Source: Octopus bimaculoides (taxonomy: Eukaryota). From it: a DNA stretch of 39,581 bases. Position 1 is the stretch's first letter, and the number at the start of each line of letters is the position of its first letter. Position numbers and translations under genes: made by a program. The notes under the pieces were generated by a model that did not search any database, was not told where the DNA came from, and saw nothing but the letters and a program-made list of their open reading frames with translations. Shown here in pieces: positions 35,190 to 39,581 of this stretch. The stretch is taken from assembly GCF_001194135.2 (NCBI RefSeq), contig NC_068984.1, positions 42,682,640 to 42,722,220 of the forward strand. Direction: 5' to 3'.

Positions 35190-36510
35190 GCATGAGTGAA
35201 AGGCATAACTCGGATTGGTTCAGTGCTAGGCTTTCAGGGTTGGAACTAGTTATCGAAACAAAGCGAGCAGCTCTGATGCAATACAAGAGTGATTCTTCTA
35301 CAAAGTCACTCGAAGAATTCAGAAAGGCAAGAAGTAAAACCCAACTGCCTGCCAGACTCTGTGCAAATAGGTATTGGCAGGAAATTTGTCAGAGTATCCA
35401 GTCAGCTGCTGGCAGTGGCGACACCCGTGGGATGTATAACGGTTGCGGTCCGTCCGCAACCAAGTTAGCTCCTCTGAAATCAACTACTGGAGATCACATC
35501 AAAGACCAAAGCAAACAAATGGGTGGAGTACTACTAGGATTTCTACTCATGGGAGACCACAGTCACTGAAGTTGCAATCGAAGGTGTCAAGATCTTGTCA
35601 GCCAAGTGCGAACATGACAGTCTGCCGTCCATAGCAGAGCTCACCAAGGCTATTGATTCCCTATCCAGTGGCAAGGCTTCGGGAAAAGACGGCATCCCCT
35701 CAGAGATCATCAAAGCCGGCTAAAACACCGCGCTGCTTCAGCACCTTCATGAGCTTCTGGGTCAGTGCTGGGAAGAGGGTGCAGTCCCTCAGGATATGCG
35801 GGATGATAACATCATCACGCTTTAAGGTGACCGTAGTGATTGCAACAATTACCGTGAAATATCTCTTCTCAGCACTGTTGGAAAGACCTTTTGCCCGCAT
35901 AATCCTGTCCGGGCTACAAGTGCTTGCTTCTCAAATTTATCCAGAATCGCAGTGTGGCTTTAGAAGGAGCAGATCAACTATTGACATGATATTCTCCATA
36001 CGCCAACTTCAGGAGAAGTCCAGAGATCAGAAAATGCCATTATATATACAAAGACGTATGAGATGGTTTGGACATGCTAGTCGTATGGAAGATGGTAGAA
36101 TCCCAAAGAAAAAAACTTTACGGAGAGCTTGCTAGGGGAAGACCGTTCTTATGGTACAAGCATGTCTGCAAAAGGGACATGAAGGACTGCGCCGTCAGTA
36201 TTAGCAACTTGGAAGCGGTTGCCAGCAACCGCGGATATTGGCGATGCATCATAGAAGAGGGAACACAAAGGAGTGACAGAGGGAGAGATGAGAAATGAAA
36301 AGACAAGAAAAGACGACAACAAGAAACTATGACATTACAACTAGTCAGGCAAAGTCTTCGCTACATCTGCGTCACCTGCCAGAGGGAGTGTTTGTCCAAG
36401 ATAAAACTACACAGCCACAGCACGAAATGTAAATGACATGAAATGGAAAAACCAGACTATTATCTTAGGCGCTACTCCATTGTCTCCCGAGACAAAAGGA
36501 TGCCAACAAC
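35190..36510 (+). mobile_element. RTE-clade LINE fragment with the RT core deleted
   Basis: RLCANRYWQEICQSIQSAA..GD.RGMY, ELTKAIDSLSSGKASGKDGIPSEIIK, KGDRSDCNNYREISLLS.VGK.FARI, YPESQCGFRRSRSTIDMIFSIRQLQEKSRDQKMPLYI joined to QRRMRWFGHASRMEDGRIPK, YKHVCKRDMK and a C-terminal CVTCQREC..LHSH. The RTE-like 3' end is ccattgtctcccgagacaaaaggatgcc. Confidence 0.92.
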
Positions 36511-36664
36511 ATGTATGTATATGTACATATATTTATTATATATGCATATATANNNNNNNNNNNNNNNNNNNNNNNNNNNNNNNNNNNNNNNNNNNNNNNN
36601 NNNNNNNNNNNNNNNNNNNNNNNNNNNNNNNNNNNNNNNNNNATATATATATATATATATATAT

Positions 36665-36720
<56 letters not shown>

Positions 36721-37584
36721 GTAGATACATACATACATACATACATACATATTCATATACATATATACATATTTCCGTTTATATATTGCGATTTAAACGT
36801 TGACTACGTAGAAATTTTGTTTTTAAATGATATAATTTTAAAGTTTCCTACACAATACAAAGGCACACATGCACTCACCTGTTTGCAGGTGTTCAAGAAA
36901 TACGCATCGATAATAAGAAATAGTCGACAATACATCATTAATGTGTTCTGACCCCATGTTATGAGTAATATCTCCTCTCCTCCAGGATCGTCCTTGCCTT
37001 CTGCTTTTAAAGAGTTGATATAATAAGCGTCAGCCATTTAGCAGGATCAGTACTATGGATCTTATATAATTTCCCAAATATACTTTTGGTTTTCTTTTTA
37101 TGTAAGTTACTGTTTCAAACACATAATACCTGTCACTATATAAGTAATATATACAGTATATATGAACATACAGCATATACGAACATATGAAATAAATTTA
37201 CTAAATCCCTTTTGTAATAAAAAACGAATTTGACCTACTTCTTGCTGCCTGTTGAAAAATATTAGCTATTATTATTGGTTGATGCCATTGCTGCTACTTT
37301 AATATTTCACTTAGCCAATTGTGGGATTCAGTTTACTATATTTATTTATGTATTTTATTTACTTATTTATATATTTTACTTGTTGTTTTATAGTTCCTTT
37401 ATGGATAGTATAATTTAATTGCTGGGTTATAGACATTTAGCAACTCAAACTACTGAAACATATGAATTTACACTTAGACACTTATATAATTTTATTTCAT
37501 ACCGACATCATAGTCGTCGTCGTCGTCGCCTTCATCTTCATGAACATATCCTCCACAATTTTTTCTTTCGTGTGGGTTGTTATT

Positions 37585-37760
37585 AATCGTTAGAATCCGG
37601 ATTTAATGCCGCATTTCTTCTGTTTTACGTTCCGAGTTCAAGATATCGAGGATGTGGATTTTGTCTTTCATTTTTTCGAGGGTCGATAAAATAAGTAGCA
37701 GTTGAACATTGGGGTCGATGTAATTGACTTACCTCCTCTTCCGAAATTTCTGGCATCACC
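37585..37760 (+). mobile_element. tRNA-derived SINE, family A (decayed)
   Basis: aatcgttag...ttttacgttccgagttcaa...tgtctttcattttttcgagggtcgataaaataagtagcagtt..cattggggtcgatgtaattgactt. Confidence 0.8.
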
Positions 37761-37768
37761 ATATGGAC

Positions 37769-37769
<1 letters not shown>

Positions 37770-37810
<41 letters not shown>

Positions 37811-38010
37811 TATTATTATTATGATTATTATTATTATTATTATTATTATCATCATCATTGACTGAGAGAGCAGGGCATGCCATCGAAGTGACGCTGGCGT
37901 ACAAATATATGAAGCCCAATATACCCATCATGACTACCATTATCATACGGGTACACCAGGCACATGCAACACAACCATGTGGTCGACATGGTAAACTCAT
38001 ATGAAGATAA
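37770..38010 (-). mobile_element. Retroposon 3' fragment with (AAT)/(GAT)n tail
   Basis: (ATC)/(ATT)n at 37770-37858 abuts gagagagcagggcatgccatcgaagtgac...catgactacc...gggtacaccaggcacatgc, recognised from memory as a common octopus repeat. Unverified. Confidence 0.45.
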
Positions 38011-38213
38011 ACAGCGCATGAAAATTTGAAGTGATTTATTGATTTATTCTGTCGGCTCCTGTTCCATTGATACTTTATTATTTTGCGGACCCTGTTTCTT
38101 CTCCGCTACAAAAAAAAAAAAAAAAAAAAAAAANNNNNNNNNNCAGAGTGACCAATGTCACTGCAGTAAAATTAAAAACTAAATTACACGCCGTAACCGT
38201 CAGTAGCCCTCAT

Positions 38214-38251
<38 letters not shown>

Positions 38252-38269
38252 GCTACTACTACTACTACT

Positions 38270-38303
<34 letters not shown>

Positions 38304-38470
38304 TGATGACTGTTGCTGTGGATGATGATAATGGTGTTGGTGGTTTTGATGGTGTTTCTGACAGTGTTATTGGAACTGATGGTGGTACTGGTAATGGTGT
38401 TAGTAGTAGTATTGCTGGTGGTGTTGTCGGTGGTGGTGCTGTTGGTTGTGCTGGTAATATACTAATGTTG
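38214..38470. repeat. (CTA)n-(CGA)n run grading into a cryptic GGT/GTT trinucleotide tract
   Basis: Direct reading. Confidence 0.85.
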
Positions 38471-38947
38471 CTGCTGTTGATCCTATTGCTATTTGCACTT
38501 CATGTTCCCTGTTTCTGGTATAATTTTTTTTTACTCTAATTTATATTTCCTCCTATCTTCCGCGTACAGCAAGGCACATGTTTTAAATTATTTTTTTTTT
38601 TTTAAATGTTAAGAATTTCCCTTGATATTATCATATTTTAAAAGAAGTATTCATTATTCTTATTTTGTATTAATATTAACACTAATAATATTATCAACAA
38701 AAATACATCAACAATAATAATAATAGTTTTTTTTTATATACATTTTCATTCTAGGAAACATTTGATACGAATTCTTTATATCAGTGTAGGAAGTTGTCCA
38801 TGAAAAACTAAAGGCTCCCTGTAAAAAGAATGTGAGAACGCTATATGTCGGCCATTTTGTGACCTTTGCAGATTGTGTAAGGCATCCGAAATTACCATAT
38901 TAGGGTTGAAACAACAACAACAAAAACATAGAAGGGGAAGGAGAGGG

Positions 38948-39010
38948 AGAAGAAGAAGAAGAAGAAGAAGAAGAAGAAGAAGAAGAAGAAGAAGAAGAAG
39001 AAGAAGAAGA
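38948..39010. repeat. (GAA)n microsatellite
   Basis: Direct reading. Confidence 0.95.
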
Positions 39011-39413
39011 CGACATGCTAGTGAATGTTAAAAAAAATAAATGCATCTTTGTAGTCGAAGTCTTCTTCCCCTTTTCTTTGTTTGTGTTATTTCTTGTTTT
39101 CATTAGCATTTTCATGTAGGGTGACAGATTATCGCTTACCATTTATACGAGCAAATTTTGTAAAGACTTCACGAGAATTTCCATAAATTATTTCGTTACA
39201 CTTTTAAACAATATCATTTATCAAGACTTGTTTAATAAATCTCAAAACACGCTGTGGTGCGTCAGAAACGGTATGGTGCATGAGTAAATGCCTTGTTTTT
39301 ATTTAGATACATCTTTTATAAGCACTTAGTTTAACGACCCACTGGTGTTGTTTCCATGAATTAAAGGATGAAAAACAGTGCCATGCCACTTTGGCAGGAT
39401 TTTGAGATTAATG

Positions 39414-39581
39414 AAAGGAAGGAAGGAAACAAGAAAGGATGGAAGGAAGGAAGGAAGGAAAAACGAAGGAAGGAAGGAAGGAAGGAAGGAAGGAAAAACG
39501 AAGGAGGGAAAAACGAAGGAAGGAAGGGAGGAAGGAAGGAAGGAAGGAAGGAAGGAAAAACGAAGGAGGGAAAAACGAAGG
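39414..39581. repeat. (GGAA)n with a recurring aaaacgaagga unit
   Basis: Direct reading; runs off the window end. Confidence 0.9.

Noticed and set aside
36879-37000. Minus-strand candidate exon with a strong CAG|GTGAGT donor
   Set aside because: Two frames are open, the acceptor is mediocre, and there is no recognisable peptide or reliable partner exon.
38300-38500. Cryptic trinucleotide tract whose reverse complement resembles the PLE N/S/T insert
   Set aside because: No Cys-linker, VVY or YIG sequence flanks it; generic low-complexity DNA.

Overview
AT-rich, repeat-saturated eukaryotic scaffold with about a dozen N-gaps, most flanked by (TA)n or (TG)n runs. The SINE and LINE repertoire looks like an octopus/cephalopod genome (inference from remembered repeat families, not a database search). 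No complete or recognisable host gene is visible, and most of the supplied ORFs are microsatellite or gap artefacts. The real coding signal is decayed retroelements: five fragments of R4/Dong-clade REL-endonuclease LINEs, mostly bordered by (TAA)n; one RTE-clade LINE whose RT core is removed by an in-frame deletion; and two Penelope-like (Neptune-type) GIY-YIG endonuclease fragments. There are also many tRNA-derived SINEs, a TA-flanked Tc1/mariner-type MITE, a hAT-type TIR pair, a fold-back element and a ~730 bp local duplication. The two most interesting signals are (1) several relic minimal type-I hammerhead ribozymes, best at 1161-1252 on the minus strand with an unusually long stem II, each with a lesion in the catalytic core; and (2) a Penelope-like family whose GIY-YIG motif is split by a ~140-codon Asn/Ser/Thr-rich trinucleotide tract, with the tract seen in two divergent copies. 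A possible pair of spliced host exons lies at 220-488. All alignments and pair counts were done by eye.
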